DNA from: the human T2T-CHM13v2.0 reference genome, Homo sapiens
DNA length: 64,000 nucleotides
Reading direction: 5' to 3' (one strand)
Assembly: GCF_009914755.1 (NCBI RefSeq)
Contig: NC_060929.1
The notes under the pieces were generated by a model, which searched no databases, was not told the DNA's origin, and saw only the letters and a list, made by a program, of their open reading frames with translations. The number at the start of each line of letters is the position of its first letter. Position 1 is the first letter of the stretch. Positions 31,901-45,923 of the stretch are shown here, piece by piece. Made by a program: the position numbers and the translations under genes.

Positions 31901-34900
31901 TACTGCTAAAATTTTCTCCCATTCTGTAGGTTGCCTGTTCACTCTGATGATAGTTTCTTTTGCTTTGCAGAAGCTCTTTAATTTAAACGATCCCATTTGT
32001 CAATTTTGGCTTTTATTGCCATTACTTTTGGTGGTTTAGACATGATCTTTGCCCATGCCTATGTCCTGAATGGTATTGTCCAGGATTTTTATGAATTTTT
32101 GCAATCTATTGATCTGACAAAGTGCTAATATCCGGAATCTACAAAGAACTTAAAGAAATTTACAAGAAAAAAAAAAAAACAATCCCAACAATAAGTGGGC
32201 AAAGGATATGAACAGATACTTCTCAAAAGCAGACATTTATGCAGCCAACAAACATACGAAAAAATCCTCATCATCACTGGTCATTAGAGAAATGCAAATC
32301 AAAACCACAACAAGATACCATCTCACACCAGTTAGAATGGCGATCATTAAAATGTCAGGAAACAACAGATGCTGGAGAGGATGTGCAGAAATAAGAATGC
32401 TTTTACACTGTTGGTGGGAGTGTAAATTAGTTCAACCATTGTGGAAGACAGTGTGGCAATTCCTCAAGGATCTAGAACTGTAAATACCATTTGACCCAGC
32501 AATCCCATTACTGGGTATATACCCAAAGGATTATCCATTATTCTTCTATAAAGACACATGCACATGTATGTTTATTGTGGCACTATTCACAATGACAAAG
32601 ACTTGGAACCAGCCCAAATGTCCATCAGTGATAGACTGTAGAAAGAAAATGTGGCACATATACACCATGGAATACTATGCAGCCATAAAAAAGGATGAGT
32701 TCATATCCTTTGCAGGGACATGGATGACGCTGGAAACCATCATTCTCAGCAAACTATCCCAAGAAGAGAAAACCAAACACTGCATGTTCTCACTCATAAG
32801 TGGGAGTTGAACAATTAGAACACGTGGACACAGAGAGGGGAACATCACACACCAGAGTCTGTCAGGGTGTGGGGGGCTAAGGGAGGGATAGCATTAAGAG
32901 AAATACCTAATGTAGGTGACGGGTTGATGGGTGCAGCCAACCACCATGGCATGTATATACTCATGTAATAAAACTGCACGTTCTACACATGTACCCCAGA
33001 ACTTTAAGTATAATAATAATAATAATAATAATTACTGCTATCTCTGAGATACAGAAAGCCATACAGTAGTAGTGGGGGTCTTCAACACTCTATTGACAGC
33101 ATTAGACAGAATACTGAGGAAGAAAACTATCAAAGAACTTCTGGACATAATTTGGAGAATTGACAAAATGGACCATATTGATATGTATAGAATACAACAC
33201 TGAACAAACACAGAATATACATTCTCATCTTTACAGAGACGATTGTCTAGGAATGATTATATGCTAGGTAACAAAGAAAGTTTTAATAAATGTAAAAAAA
33301 AAATAAAATCATACCAATCATCTTCTTAGACCACAGGGGAATGAAATTACAAATCAATACAAAGAGGAACTCACACAATCACACAATACATGGAAACTAA
33401 ACAACTTGCTCCTGAATGACTTTTGGGTAAACAATATAATTAAGGCAGAATGAAAAAAAATATTTGAAACAAATGAAAATTGAGACACAAAACTTTTCAA
33501 AACCTTTGGGATAAAGCAAAAGCAGTGCGAAGAGGAAAGTTTATTATACTAAATGCCTAAATAATGCATATAAAAATCTAAATTAACAACCTAATATTGT
33601 ATCTAAAGGTACTAGAAAAACAAGAACAAATTAAACCCAAAACTATCAGAAAAAAAGAAATCTGGAGATCAGAGCAGAACTAGGTGAAACTGAGACCTAG
33701 GAACCCATCCAAATGTCACGAAATAAAAAGGTTGGTTCTTGAAAAAAATTTAAACAAGATTGATAGATTGTTAGCTAATTCAACAAAGGAAAAGGAGAGA
33801 AGATCCAAATAAGCACTATCAGAAATGATAAAGGTAACATTATAACAGATCCCATGGGAATATAAAAGAACCTCAGAGACTTCTATAAACATCTCTATGC
33901 ACACAAACTAGAAATTCTAGGGGAAATGGTTAAATTAATGAAAACACAGAACCTCTCAAGTATGAACCAGGGAGAAATTGAAACTCTGAACAGACCAAAA
34001 ATCAGTTACAGCATAGAATGAGTAATAAAAAGCATACCAACTCCCGCCCCCTCCCAAAAAAAAAGCCTTGGACCAGAGAGTTTCACAGCCAAATTCTACC
34101 AGATATACACAGACGAGCTAGTATCTTTTCCTGAAACTATTCCCAAAAATAGAGTAGGGATTCTTCCATAATTTATTGTACATAACACATTTTATCTTCA
34201 TATGAAAACCTGGCAAGAACACAATGAAAAAAGAAAACTAAAAGGCAGAATCTTTGATGAATATACATGTAAAGATTCTCAAAAAAATACTAGCAAATCC
34301 AATCTGGCAGCACATCAAAAAAACATTCATCACAAATGAGCAATTGAGTGGGCTTTATTTGTGGTATGCAACATATGCAAATCAATAAATATGATTCACC
34401 ACATAAAATTAAATACTAATATCATATAATCATCACAACAGAAATAGAAAAATAATTCTATAAAATGCAACATCCTTTCATGAAAAAAAAACACCAACAA
34501 GTAGGAATTGAAGGGATATACCTCAAAATAATAAGAGCTATTTGTGACAAACCCACAGTGAACATCATACTGAACAGGCAAAAGTTAAAAGCATTCCCCC
34601 TAAGAACTGGAACAAGACAAGGATGTCCATTCTCACTACTCCTACTCAACATAGTAGTGGACATCCTTGCCAGAGTGATCAGATGAAAGAAACAAATAAA
34701 AGGCATTCATATAGAAAAAATCAAGTTATCTCTGTTCAATGATGACATGATTCTATACCTAGAATACCCTGAATATTTCTTCAAAAGACTCCTAGACCTA
34801 GTAAACAACTTCAGTAAAGTTTCAGGATACAAAATCAATGTATAAAAATCAGTACTATTTCTATACACCAATTATGTTCAAGCTGAGAACCAAATCCAGA

Positions 34901-35028
34901 ATGCAATTCCGTGTACAATAGCCACAAATAAATAAAATACAAAGGAGTAAAGATGGTGAAATATCTCTACAAGGAAAACAACAACACATTGTTGAAAGAA
35001 ATCATAGTTGACACAAACAAATGGAAAA
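28935..35028 (+). mobile_element. Old primate L1 (L1PA13-16-type), 5'-intact and 3'-truncated; interrupted at 31909-33029
   Basis: Starts caagatggcc (28939) with a ~1.5-kb 5'UTR. Decayed ORF1 from ~30478, decayed ORF2 from ~31530 (track 34465..34686 [14 protein letters not shown]). Stops at gacacaaacaaatggaaaa with no 3'UTR or polyA. Confidence 0.88.
31909..33029 (+). mobile_element. Nested 5'-inverted L1PA7/8
   Basis: 31909-~32085 is antisense ORF2; ~32095-33029 is sense ORF2 end, 3'UTR and (TAA)n tail. TSD aattactgcta at 31898-31908 and 33030-33040. Confidence 0.92.
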
Positions 35029-35189
35029 TTATAATTTTAGTTGTATTAGCAGCTAAACAATGAGAAGAGAACCCCAACTATTGAATTAAGAGAAATAAAC
35101 ATGAGCTCGAATGCATTGTGTTAACTCAGACTAGGCCAGTATTTCTCAGTAACATCTGGTTTTAAAACATTTTTCACAATGCGTATATA

Positions 35190-35547
35190 TGTAGTAGGCA
35201 GAGTGAGCCTCCCAAAGATGCCTGCACTATAATCCTTGAAATATGAATACATTACATTATGTAGCAAAGGTATTTTGCAGATGTAATTAACTTTATGAAC
35301 CTTAAAACATAAAGACATTACCCTGGATTACCCAAATAGGCCCAATCTAATCACAAGAGTCCTTCAAAGCAGGAAACTTTCTGCAGCTGGAGACTAGAGT
35401 AATGAGGCTGAAAGAAAGTGACTTGCCTTTGATGACAGAATCATGGAGTCCGTAAGCATGGGAATATGTGTAGGTGGCTTCTACATTCTGAAAATGACTT
35501 CCAGTGCGCAGTCAGCAAGGACACAAGGACCTCAGTCTTATAACCAC
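35190..35547 (+). mobile_element. MLT1D/E MaLR LTR, 3'-truncated
   Basis: tgtagtaggcagag...cccaaagatg...ttttgcagatgtaattaa...ccctggattacc...ggcccaatctaatcacaagagtcctt...cagcaagg...gacctcagtc. Confidence 0.85.
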
Positions 35548-37340
35548 TGCATCATTTGATTGGGGAAATTTAATCCATTTAAAGTAATTATTGATAGGAA
35601 AGGACTTACTGTTGTCATTTTATTCGCTGTTTTCTGTGTGTCTTGTAGTCCCTTTGTCCCTCCTTTCTTTCCTAGATGTCTACCATTGTATTTAATTGAT
35701 TGTTTTTGTATGGATGTGTTTTGATTCCTTTCTCTTTTTTGTTTGTGTATCTTCTATAGATATTTTCTTTATGGTTACCATGAAGCTTAAATAAAACATC
35801 TTTTTATAACAGTTTAAGTTCTTAATGACTTAAATTGCATATAATTAAACCCCCTCACACGCACAAACTTTATGTTACTGCTGTCAAAGTTTACATCTAT
35901 TTTGTGTATTGATAAACATATTTTATAGGGTTTAATATTTTGTTAATTATTATTATAAATTATATAAATTATTATAGTGGTTAATATTTTTATATTTTAT
36001 TTCTCCTTCATATCTGAAAGACAGTTTTGCTGGTACAGCATTGTGGTTGGCAGGTTATTTTTTTCTTTCATCAGTTTGAATATATTATTCTACTCCCTTC
36101 TGGTCTGCAAAGATTCTATTGAAAAAAATCTGATAGTCTTAAGGCAGATCTTTTATACATAATGAGTCACTTTTCTCTTGCTTCTTTCAAAATTCTTCGT
36201 CTTTGATTTTGACAATTTGTTTCAGTACAGAGATTTCTTTGGAATCCTTTTATGTGGGAACAATTTGGCATCCTGAATCTGAATTTCCATTTTCCTCCAG
36301 ATTTGGAAAGCTTTAAGCCATTATTTATTCGAATCAACTTTCTTTTCCTTTCTCTCCTTTCCTGTTTGAGGCTTACATAACGAGTGTATAGGTTTACTAG
36401 ATGGTGTCCTGTAAGTCCCTAAAGCTTTCATTCTTAATTATTTTTGCTTCTTTGAGTGGATAATTTCCAATGACCTTCCTCCAAGTTTGCTGATTTTTTC
36501 TTCTGCTTGATTTAGTGCTGTTGAACCCTTCTAGTGAATCTTTCAGTCTATTATATATTTTTTTACCTTCAAGATATCTGTTTGGTACTTTTTAATAGTC
36601 TCTATATCGTTGTTGAAATTCTCTCTTTGTGAATTTGTTGTTTTCTTACTTTGTTGAGCAACTTTATGATGGTTATTTTGAATTCTCCCCCATTGAAATT
36701 ATATATCTTTGTTTTACTAATTTTGGTTAATGAAGATTTATCTTATTTCTTTGTTTGAAACACATTTCCCTGCTTCTTCAGTTTTTTTGACTCATTATGC
36801 GCTATCTGTATATTAGAAACAACAGCCATCTCTCCCAGTCTTCATGGACTGGCCTCATATGGGAGAAGACCCTGGTAATCAGCCTGTCCAAAGATTCTGC
36901 AGATTTCCTCAAGCCTTCATGCTGGCCCAAACTGCTATTGTTCTCATTGGCACTAGTCATTTAGAGTATGCTCAGTCCTGTTAGTGCTCCTTGACAGGTG
37001 AGGTAGAAGCTGCTACTTTGGACACTCCCTGGAAAAAATTGAAACATTGAATGTGAGGTCCAATTTAGCAGGGAAAATTTTTTGTGGAAAATCAGGGTGC
37101 TGAAAGTTTCTTTCTGATTATATTGCACTCTGCTTGGAGTGGTGATGGCAAAAGGGTACCTAAAATTTTCTTGAAAGGTGAATGTGACTGGTGTCCCTGT
37201 TATCAGATGCAGGATCTTCTCAACTAGTTTCTGGATGACTCATGCACAAAAAAAGTCTATATATTTCGTCATTGAATTAGTTTCTGGAAAAGGGAGGTCC
37301 TGGGCTTTTTATTCTGCCATCTTGTTGACATCACTCCCCC
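35548..37340 (-). mobile_element. L1M 5' portion (5'UTR, ORF1 remnant, ORF2 start), 3'-truncated
   Basis: The reverse complement begins gggagtgatgtcaacaagatggcagaa. The left end is the antisense ORF2 start (ttgattggggaaatttaatccattt...ggacttactg). Confidence 0.8.
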
Positions 37341-38099
37341 CACCAAGTTTTATATTCTTCAGTTACCTTTTATGTCATCCTGGTGGGAAAAATTGCCTAA
37401 ATCGTTTTGCCTTATTCTTGCTTCATGTATGCTTAGAAAAGTCTGCTTCCAGAAGAGCTCTTTTTTAATTTTAGAGCTAATGAAGGCAATCTTTTATTTC
37501 CTTTGTTAATATTTAAGCTTACTGCATGTATGTATATGTGCATGTGTGTGTGCAATATTTTTTTTTACTCCATGAGTTTTTCACATTTAACAACTTAAAA
37601 ATTAAAATTTGTATTACAATTGATAATATGCCATAATTTACAGACTGTACTTTTATTATTTTTCTTAATAATACAGAAATCCATGGCAGTTTAAAATCAA
37701 TCACATCCTACATTTGATGAAATAAAGTATATACACATGTGTTTAACAGTAGTGAATATATGTTTATATACTGTGAGTGTGAGACAGAGAGAGACTGTGA
37801 GCACAATTCTACTAAAATAATTTGCAAACATTGATAACAAGTAACAGAAGCACTTGCTTCCTGAATTTACCATCATTATTACTATACAAAGGGTTTAGAA
37901 TGACCAGTCAGGTTTTTAGTGCTCTAGTGCTTGCTCCAGGAAATATTCTATTTAGAAAATTGAACCTCCCCCTTTTTGAACAAGAGTAATTCAATATGGA
38001 ACATCAAACAACATTCTGAGACTGGAAAACCTAGTCATTGTATTACTGGAAAAAGTTCTTCCATTCACACAGAGGTGATTGCTAAACATGTGAGCACCA

Positions 38100-38300
38100 A
38101 CATAATTTTGGGAGGTGGGAGGAATGCATATAACAAGGAATAAAGAGAACATTAAATACTGAATCATATCAATATTTAAAGAGATGGAAGGAAAAGTCAA
38201 TCAGGAAAAGAGCCAATTGCAGCACTCAAAAGAGAAGCAAAACTGTAGTACCAGAAAAACCAAAACAAGTAAGAGTTTCTAATGAGAAATGTCAATCATA
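38100..38300 (-). mobile_element. L2 fragment
   Basis: Purine-rich antisense L2 pattern (caatatttaaagagatggaagg...gtaccagaaaaaccaaaacaag...gagtttc). Confidence 0.4.
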
Positions 38301-39344
38301 GGCTGTATTTGACTTAACTTGTTCTTAATGGTCTCCTTAAGGAGAAATACAATATCAAAATTACTTTTTAACTTAGGCACAAATATGTGATACAAATTTA
38401 TGTTATTAATTTGAGAAACCAGAACTAATATGTGAAATACAGAAAAAGCTATGCTTATAGCACTAACTTCTGAACTCTGCAGTTTCTGAAACTAAAATTG
38501 ACAGGTTAAATAAGGAACATCAGCTTTAAGTTTCTAAAATATGTCATTTACTATAGTGAACAAAGTAACCCCAAAACACTTTAGACAGAAATCTTTAATA
38601 TAGTAAAATTGTTTAAATACGTCATTTATCCATTAGGCTGTCAGACAACACTCCCACACACAATGAAATGCCTGCTTCTTGACAGTTGGAGTTGTGTGGG
38701 AAGATCTCTGCACTATACAGGCTAAAATAAATGCCCAAAATATACACTGCGCAGAAGGAACTTCCAGTTAGAGAAAATATGGTATTAATATAAATAAGCT
38801 CTGCATCCAAAATTGTTAGGAAATATAATAATAGTATACTCTTATGTAAAATGCTGGTGAAAGAAAAAAAATTAAATTAGGACTAGAGAACAGGAATTTA
38901 GTAGGAATTAATATAATTGAATATATCCATGGCATAAAATTTCAATAAAAAGTGGTAGATTTGACTTAATTTCTTGACAAAAGGATTATTTGATTTAGAA
39001 GGAAATGTATAATTTATTTTAATATACACAAACACACATTCTAGTGATAATAAAAACTGCTTTTCCTATGAATAATGTAATTTATCATTGGCAAAATTTA
39101 TCAAGATAGCCATGATGAGAAATACGGTTGTTCGTTTTTAAAGAGCTAATTACACAAACATAGTTGAGCATTTCAAATTATAGCCTCTTGGACTCAAAGT
39201 TCCAATGATTACCAATAACAATGCCATCAGCCTCACCAACACCACCAAAAACTGTGAATTATTTAAGTTTATGGTGAGAAATGTCCACTTTTGGGTATTT
39301 CCCAAAAAGAGTTCATAATTCCTGCCACAGTTTTGCAAAGGAAA

Positions 39345-39660
39345 CACTGTGTTCCTTTAACAAATTAAGGAACTGACACTCAAATAGTTATTCTCCCCAA
39401 GATCACAGAGTTTTAGAAAAAATGATTGTGGAATTTGAATCAGACGAATTTAATTTCATAGCTTGTTGTCTTTTATGTGTATATATTTATATTTTCTATA
39501 TATTGCCTACATTCTGCAAGTAGAATGGACTTGGAACTAAAAATTTGTTTTATTCATAGCTTTGAAATTATTTGACTATAGCCTGAAATATTTTGCCTAC
39601 TTTCTCCAGTTCTCAGTCCGTTTACCTATAAACTAAAGAAGATTCTGTAAGTTTCCCTCA
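39345..39660. mobile_element. MIR fragments (- then +)
   Basis: ggaactgacactc...cccaagatcacagag...atttgaatc; then ggacttggaac...ctcagtccgtttacctataaa. Confidence 0.5.
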
Positions 39661-40399
39661 TTTAAATATATTCTGCACTTTTCCTCTGAGTTCTAAATTT
39701 GGCAAAATTTATGTTCTTTCTGTCAATCATTGTGTGAAAAATTGTCATGTGCTTTAACATTGTTGTAAGTGCTAAAGTTGAGTGGTTGAAAAGACAACCA
39801 AACCCTTGAGTTCAACTCATTTGACTGTGCAAGTTAAGAAATAAATAAATACATGACATAATATATTCATTATAGATACATATATACACACGTGTGTATG
39901 CACACATATGGGAAACATGATATGTAATATTGTATATGTAATTTATATGAGATAAAATTAGGTTGTGAAACAGATTCCAAGTGATGGGTTGTAAAAGTGC
40001 ACTAATACTCCTTTTCTTAGGTGTCATTTGAGCAGACTAAAATGAAGTGAGGTGATGCCCTGTAAAAGAACTGGAGAATGTAATCAAAGGTATGGAAAAA
40101 AACAAAGGGAAAAAAGCCTATGACAATAGCGAGCTCCTGGATTTTTAGTGTCAGCAAGAAAACTGTGTAGCCATGTTGGAACAAACATCCTGGAGGATAA
40201 CTACTTTATATTTACTCTACTGCAATCACTCAAGTTTGTACCACCCATGGGTCTTCCCATTTCCACTGGTGTTCCACTTCAGTTGGTTTTATATGTATTA
40301 GCCATAGAGGTGTATTCAACAGTCAAATCCATTTCAAAAGCTACAAGTGAATTATGATCATATTCAGAAAAAAATTTCAGATCTCTTACTGTGGTGTAA

Positions 40400-40600
40400 A
40401 TGCCTCTACATTTCCACCTGTTATAGGACTTGATGATGGGCAGGTAATGAGGCATAAGAAAAGGCATAATCAGGGAAAACTCTTGGATTTTGACCTGCCT
40501 AGTTAAATCATGCCATTTGTAGAGATATGGAAGATCAAGAGAAACAACTCAGAGTAGAGAATCAAGTATATAAGATTAAATGTTGGAACTATTATATAGA
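40400..40600 (-). mobile_element. L2 fragment
   Basis: aggacttgatgatggg...aatcagggaaaactcttggattttgacct...tgccattt...gagatatggaaga. Confidence 0.5.
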
Positions 40601-41889
40601 ATGCATACAAATGCCTAATTGTAATCTAACTGGACAAAAGTAGTTGCGACCATAAAGAGAGTAAATCAAGGGATCAAATATTTCATGACAGGGAAGAATT
40701 TCTTGGAAAGGTAGTATATTTTTGCGGCAATAAGAGATTGTGTGTGTCTGTTTGTATATATACATATAAATAATTACTCTGATGTTTAGTCTAAAAGAGA
40801 ATGGGATTCTCAAAGATAAAAATATATTTTTTTAAATAGCAATGGATTGTAAGAAAATTACCTGTGCTATCTTCAGACAAAGGAAAATGAAAACACATAC
40901 ACTCAGGTACGACCCACCCAACACACAGTGAAGACCTTAAAAAAGGTAAGAGTTGTTATTAGAAAATAACTAGGTTTCGATAAAAGCAAAATTTAAAAGA
41001 GGATTTGGAAAAGAAATAGAGACAGTTTTCAGAATTTTACTTAAGAAAGACTGTAAGTTCCAGGAGCCAATGGAAAATCATTTGGGATAAGGTGGGAGTG
41101 TTAGATTAAGTTAAACTAAGATACATGAAAGTTCTACCAGGAAGTCTTGGAGTCTAGTCAGCGGTATGGTAAATGGTATAAATGACCTCATAGGCTCTGT
41201 TCAGGGGCATGTTGCAGGATGTAGAATCCTTAGGAAGTTGGTGTGTGAGTGGGAGGAGGCGGGATAGATATAGGCAGGGGCTCTGAAAGAAGCATATGAA
41301 GATTTAAATACGTGTCTAAACATTATTTCTTTCAGATGTCCCTACTTCCCTTTCATGGTAGGAAATGCAAATATCTTTACTTCAATTATCCTTTAAAAAC
41401 CAACAATATATGGGCTTTTGAGACAAATTAACTAGAAAATGTTAAAATGGACATTAACATTGAATCCAACATGGTATTAGATTTATAAATAGAATAAAAT
41501 ACATCTTTCAGCATACATAGAAAATTGCATTTTTGTGCTTCTCTGTTTTATGTATTTTCTGTTACTATGGAAACCTCCTCTATAGAGCCATATATCTATT
41601 TTAATCTTGTCAAGCCTTTCCAAGGTAAAAGTGATCAACATTTAAAACAGCATTCAGTGGAGGAAAAAACCTACAGAGTTTACAAGGGAACATTTAATTT
41701 AAGAAGTATTCTATCTATAGTCATGTTTCCATATTATCCTATGTATCTACTAAGTGGAAGCAGACTGAATACTCAACATATCTGTGTGTTCCATGAGTAG
41801 AGGGGTGTTCTCAATTTTCTCTAAATCATTTGCAACATGGGATTTTCAACAAGCTAGTTTCATCTGTTGGTTGATTGTACTTTGTGTGG

Positions 41890-42110
41890 CAACATAGTGC
41901 AAAAAGAAAGTGTATAATGGAGTCAGATAATTTCTATATGAATCCCAGCTCCATTTACTACTCATACAAAATATTCACCCCAGGAAGCCTTAGTGTCTAC
42001 ATCTGTAAAATGGGAGTAATCACAATAACTGTCTCATAATTGTGTGTGTGTGATTATGAAATGAAATGACATATTCAAAGCATGTAACACTGCACTTTGG
42101 AAAACTCTCA
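41890..42110 (+). mobile_element. MIR SINE
   Basis: tggagtcaga...gaatcccagctccatttacta...gccttagtgtctacatctgtaaaatgggagtaat. Confidence 0.75.
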
Positions 42111-42226
42111 TTGCTTTGATATCTATCATAGCTTGGCAATTAAAGTGAATCCTGTTAGAACCAAACTCTCTTGCCTTCTGCTTACCAATTGCCTGCCCTA
42201 TATTTAATATCACTCTGTCAGAGTTA

Positions 42227-42584
<358 letters not shown>

Positions 42585-43360
42585 CTATTACTAGAGATGC
42601 GAGCCTTAGTTAAAGTGTTCGATAAAAACAAATCAATGAAATCCTATATATGTTTTAAATATAGTTTTAAAAAATATCCTATATAAATAAATCCTCTATA
42701 TAGAATATATATAGAATTATATAATATATAATATATAATTGTATATATAGAATAAAATACATATATAAATACTTTTATCCTTTTCACAAATACAATGGAC
42801 TAAATGTTCCAGATTAAGAATAAAAAATGATGTGCCAAAAGGCTGAAGAGAACTCCAAAACACATAGCTTTAAACTATGCCCTGAATGAAGAGATTAAGA
42901 ATGTGCAGCAGGCCATTTATTTTTAAATCATCAAATGACACTAAATCAAATATTCCTAGTAATGTATTGGAAAACACACCATCACCATTCATAGAGAATC
43001 TATAAATTAATGATGAGCTGTCAAAGCTAAATGATATTCTAAAAGAACAGTTTTGAAAACAATGCTTTCTGATAGAAAGTAAGTAACAAAGAAAATGAGA
43101 GGGAGAGAAAGAAGTAACCAAAAGCTTGTAAGTAACCATGAAATGATAATGATTCTTCAACCAGAGATATTAATGTGGGACAAAGTGCTCTATTCATAGT
43201 TTTCAGAATTTTTCGGAAGTGAAAAATACAAATACAGTATTAAACATACAGCTGTTCTCTTAAATAACAAGTGTTTATATGCTTGAATATTTTCCTGTTT
43301 AAGCTTCAATGAGAAGAGAAAATAAGAATGGGAGGGTTAATGTGACAACCAAAAAAAAAA

Positions 43361-43574
43361 TTTTTTTTGAGACAGGGTCTCACTGTGTCACTCACACTGG
43401 AATGCAGTGGTGTGATCTTGGTGTACTACAGCCTCAACCTCCCCTCCTCTGCTCAAGCTATCCTTTCGCCTTTGCCTCCCAAGTAGCTGGGGCTACAGCC
43501 ATGTGCCACTATGCCCAGCTAATTTTTTTTAAAATTTTTGTACAGATGGAGTTTAGCCATGTTGCCCAGGCTGG
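43361..43574 (-). mobile_element. 5'-truncated AluJ
   Basis: gagacagggtctcac...cagcctcaacc...gctcaagctatcct; acaac(c/t)aaaaa direct repeats on the flanks. Confidence 0.88.
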
Positions 43575-43693
43575 AACAACTAAAAATTCTAACAACCATA
43601 TAACTCTCTGGCTGTTATGTTGTTAGTCAGATATGTTCACATAAGAAATGTTTCCATTGCAATAATGGATCGTTGACTAAGACACTTTCTTAG

Positions 43694-43970
43694 TGTCTTA
43701 GTCAGTTTTGTGTTGCTATCAAGGAATACCTGAAGCTGGGTAACTTATGAAGAAAAGAAGTTTATTTGGCTCATGGTTCTGGAGACTGCACACAAAGCAA
43801 GGTCAAAGCTTCAGGCTCCTTCCACTTTTGGCAGAAGGTGAAAAGGAACCTGTGTGTACCAGATATCACATGAAAACAGAGGGAGCAAGACAGAGGGGAA
43901 GTGCCAGGCTCTTTTTGACAGCCAGCTCTCTGAAGCTCCTGAGAACTAACAGAGCACAAAAACTCATTTA
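43694..43970 (-). mobile_element. MSTB-like MaLR LTR (partial)
   Basis: tgtcttagtcagttttgtgttgctatcaaggaatacctgaagctgggtaa...tttatttggctcatggttctgg...gtgccaggctcttt. Confidence 0.85.
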
Positions 43971-44189
43971 CTTCTTCTCCTCCAAATGTCCAAACCATAG
44001 CAGAAAGATTAAAATAATAAAATAAGAAAGAAGAGAAATAAAAACAAAATTAAGGGAAGGAAGGAAGGGAGGGAGGAAGGGAAGAAGATAAAGGAAATAA
44101 AAGAAAAATGATTAAGGAAAGCGAAAGAAATAAAATGGACAGACTACTCTTTGAGACCAGATCAAATTCTATTTTTCTGACTTTCAATA

Positions 44190-44420
44190 GAGTTTGGATT
44201 GCAGCATCTAGTGTCACAAATTTCAAATTCAAACCAGACCTAGAAAATGTATTTGATGTGTAAGCATAGACAATTATTTAACTTTGCTACTCTCAATTTT
44301 CATATCTTTAATGCACATAAAATGAATGTATAAATAAAATAATAGCTGTTGCAAAGCAATGTTTTCAGATTAAATTAGGTAAAGTCAATACAGAGTGAGC
44401 ATATAGTCAAATCATTTAAG
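44190..44420 (+). mobile_element. MIR (degenerate)
   Basis: aattatttaactttgctactctcaattttcatatctttaa...gttttcagattaaattagg. Confidence 0.45.
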
Positions 44421-44508
44421 GGAGCTTGAAATAAAAGCTATAATTATAATAAAATCATGGAAAGGGTAAAGAAAAAGAAACAAACAACTATTTAAAAAAG
44501 GAATGGAG

Positions 44509-45923
44509 AGGGGAGTGATGACAGTAAGATAGTGAAGTAGGAGATTCTAGTCTTCATATCTACACAAAACTAACACTTAGGCAGCTATTTACAGATGAAG
44601 ATATCTCCGGGAGAGCAGAGTTCAGTTAAAAAGGCACAGCAGCACTGTGGAGGAAAAAACAAACAAAAACTACACAAAAAGATGAGGAAGAATAGTTTTA
44701 TTGTGTCCCGAATCACCCCATTTCCCTGGTTGTCACAGCTCAGCAATGAGAGAAAACTTCATCAATGACAAGGCTGCTCGTTTATCTTGGGAGAAAAAGA
44801 TGAGCGGAGTGAGCAACCAGCTTCCCCAGACTTTCAGGCGCTACCCAAAACATGAGCTTTGGTTCCACCTCACCCGGTTCACCGAGGAGACCAGCAGAGA
44901 TGAAAATGTCTGGAGACTGCTAGGAGCACAGAAGGGTGGGGGCTATCAGCATCAGCAACATGACGAGTGCTGCAGTCCCCAGCCAAGCACAGCAGCAGCC
45001 TTCACCACTGAGGACTTCAACCGTCATTGCAGCTGCTGTAAACCCTTCAAAAAAGGGGCCGCTGCTGTGCCACCCTGAGCTTGAGCCAACCCTCTTCCCC
45101 TCTGCAACATGCACATCCCTTCCCCTGGAGCTTCAGTCATTCTACCTACATGCATGGTTCAAACCCGGGCTCCAAAGCCACTTGGCAAGCACTGACACCT
45201 CAGAAACCAGCACCGCAGGCTGGGCACATAGGTGCTCTGTACACCAGCACCACTGCCATCGTGATGCTCCACACATCCCCATGCTCCAGACGCTGGCTTC
45301 ACACATCCTCTACATTAAAACCACACATCAGACACTGGTGCCACAGCCCCTCCCAGTGCACCCGCATCCAGGACCGGGCATCAAGGGGGATCTCCTTGGC
45401 CCATGACTTCCACCCACAAGGAAAAAGAGAACAGGAGTACTCTAGCAGTGTTCACCACTAAGGGACCTAGCAGACCTCACCACCCAAATGGACACACACA
45501 GCTTTGGCCACCAAGGGACTTGACATTCTTTAGTCCATGGAAATTATGTTACGGTGCCATCCCCAGAGCTGGAATCACCACATCTCACCCAGGCTCAGGG
45601 GAGGGAGAGATTAAGAGATGTCGGTCAAGGGATATGAAGTTATGCAAGGTAAGTTATAGAGAGCTAATGTATAGCAATGTGGTTATAGTTATAGTTAACA
45701 GTACTGTATTGTATACTTGGAATCTGAAATTTGCCAAGATCTTACGTATTCTCACCACACACAAAAAAAAGTAAGCATGTAAAGTGATGGATATGTTAAT
45801 TCACTTGCTTGTGGTGAAGACTGCACAGGGATAGGTATATCAAATCATTAAGTGCTATGACTTATATATATATAAAATGTTTATTGTCAATCATACCTCA
45901 ATAAAGTTAGAACAAAAAAGGCA
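44509..45923 (+). mobile_element. Internally deleted L1M: 5'UTR fused to an L1MA9/L1MB-type 3'UTR
   Basis: Starts gggagtgatgacagtaagat, the same start type as the element ending at 37340. 3'UTR from ~45590 to catacctcaataaag + A-rich tail. TSD aaaaaaggaatggag (44494-44508) and aaaaaagaaatagag (45924-45938). Confidence 0.75.

Noticed and set aside
32208-32810. Two coding ORFs (91 and 80 aa)
   Set aside because: Stop-interrupted ORF2 C-terminal remnants of the nested L1PA7/8.
44701-45774. ORFs of 123-156 aa
   Set aside because: Chance ORFs in a GC-rich L1M 5'UTR; no recognisable protein motif.
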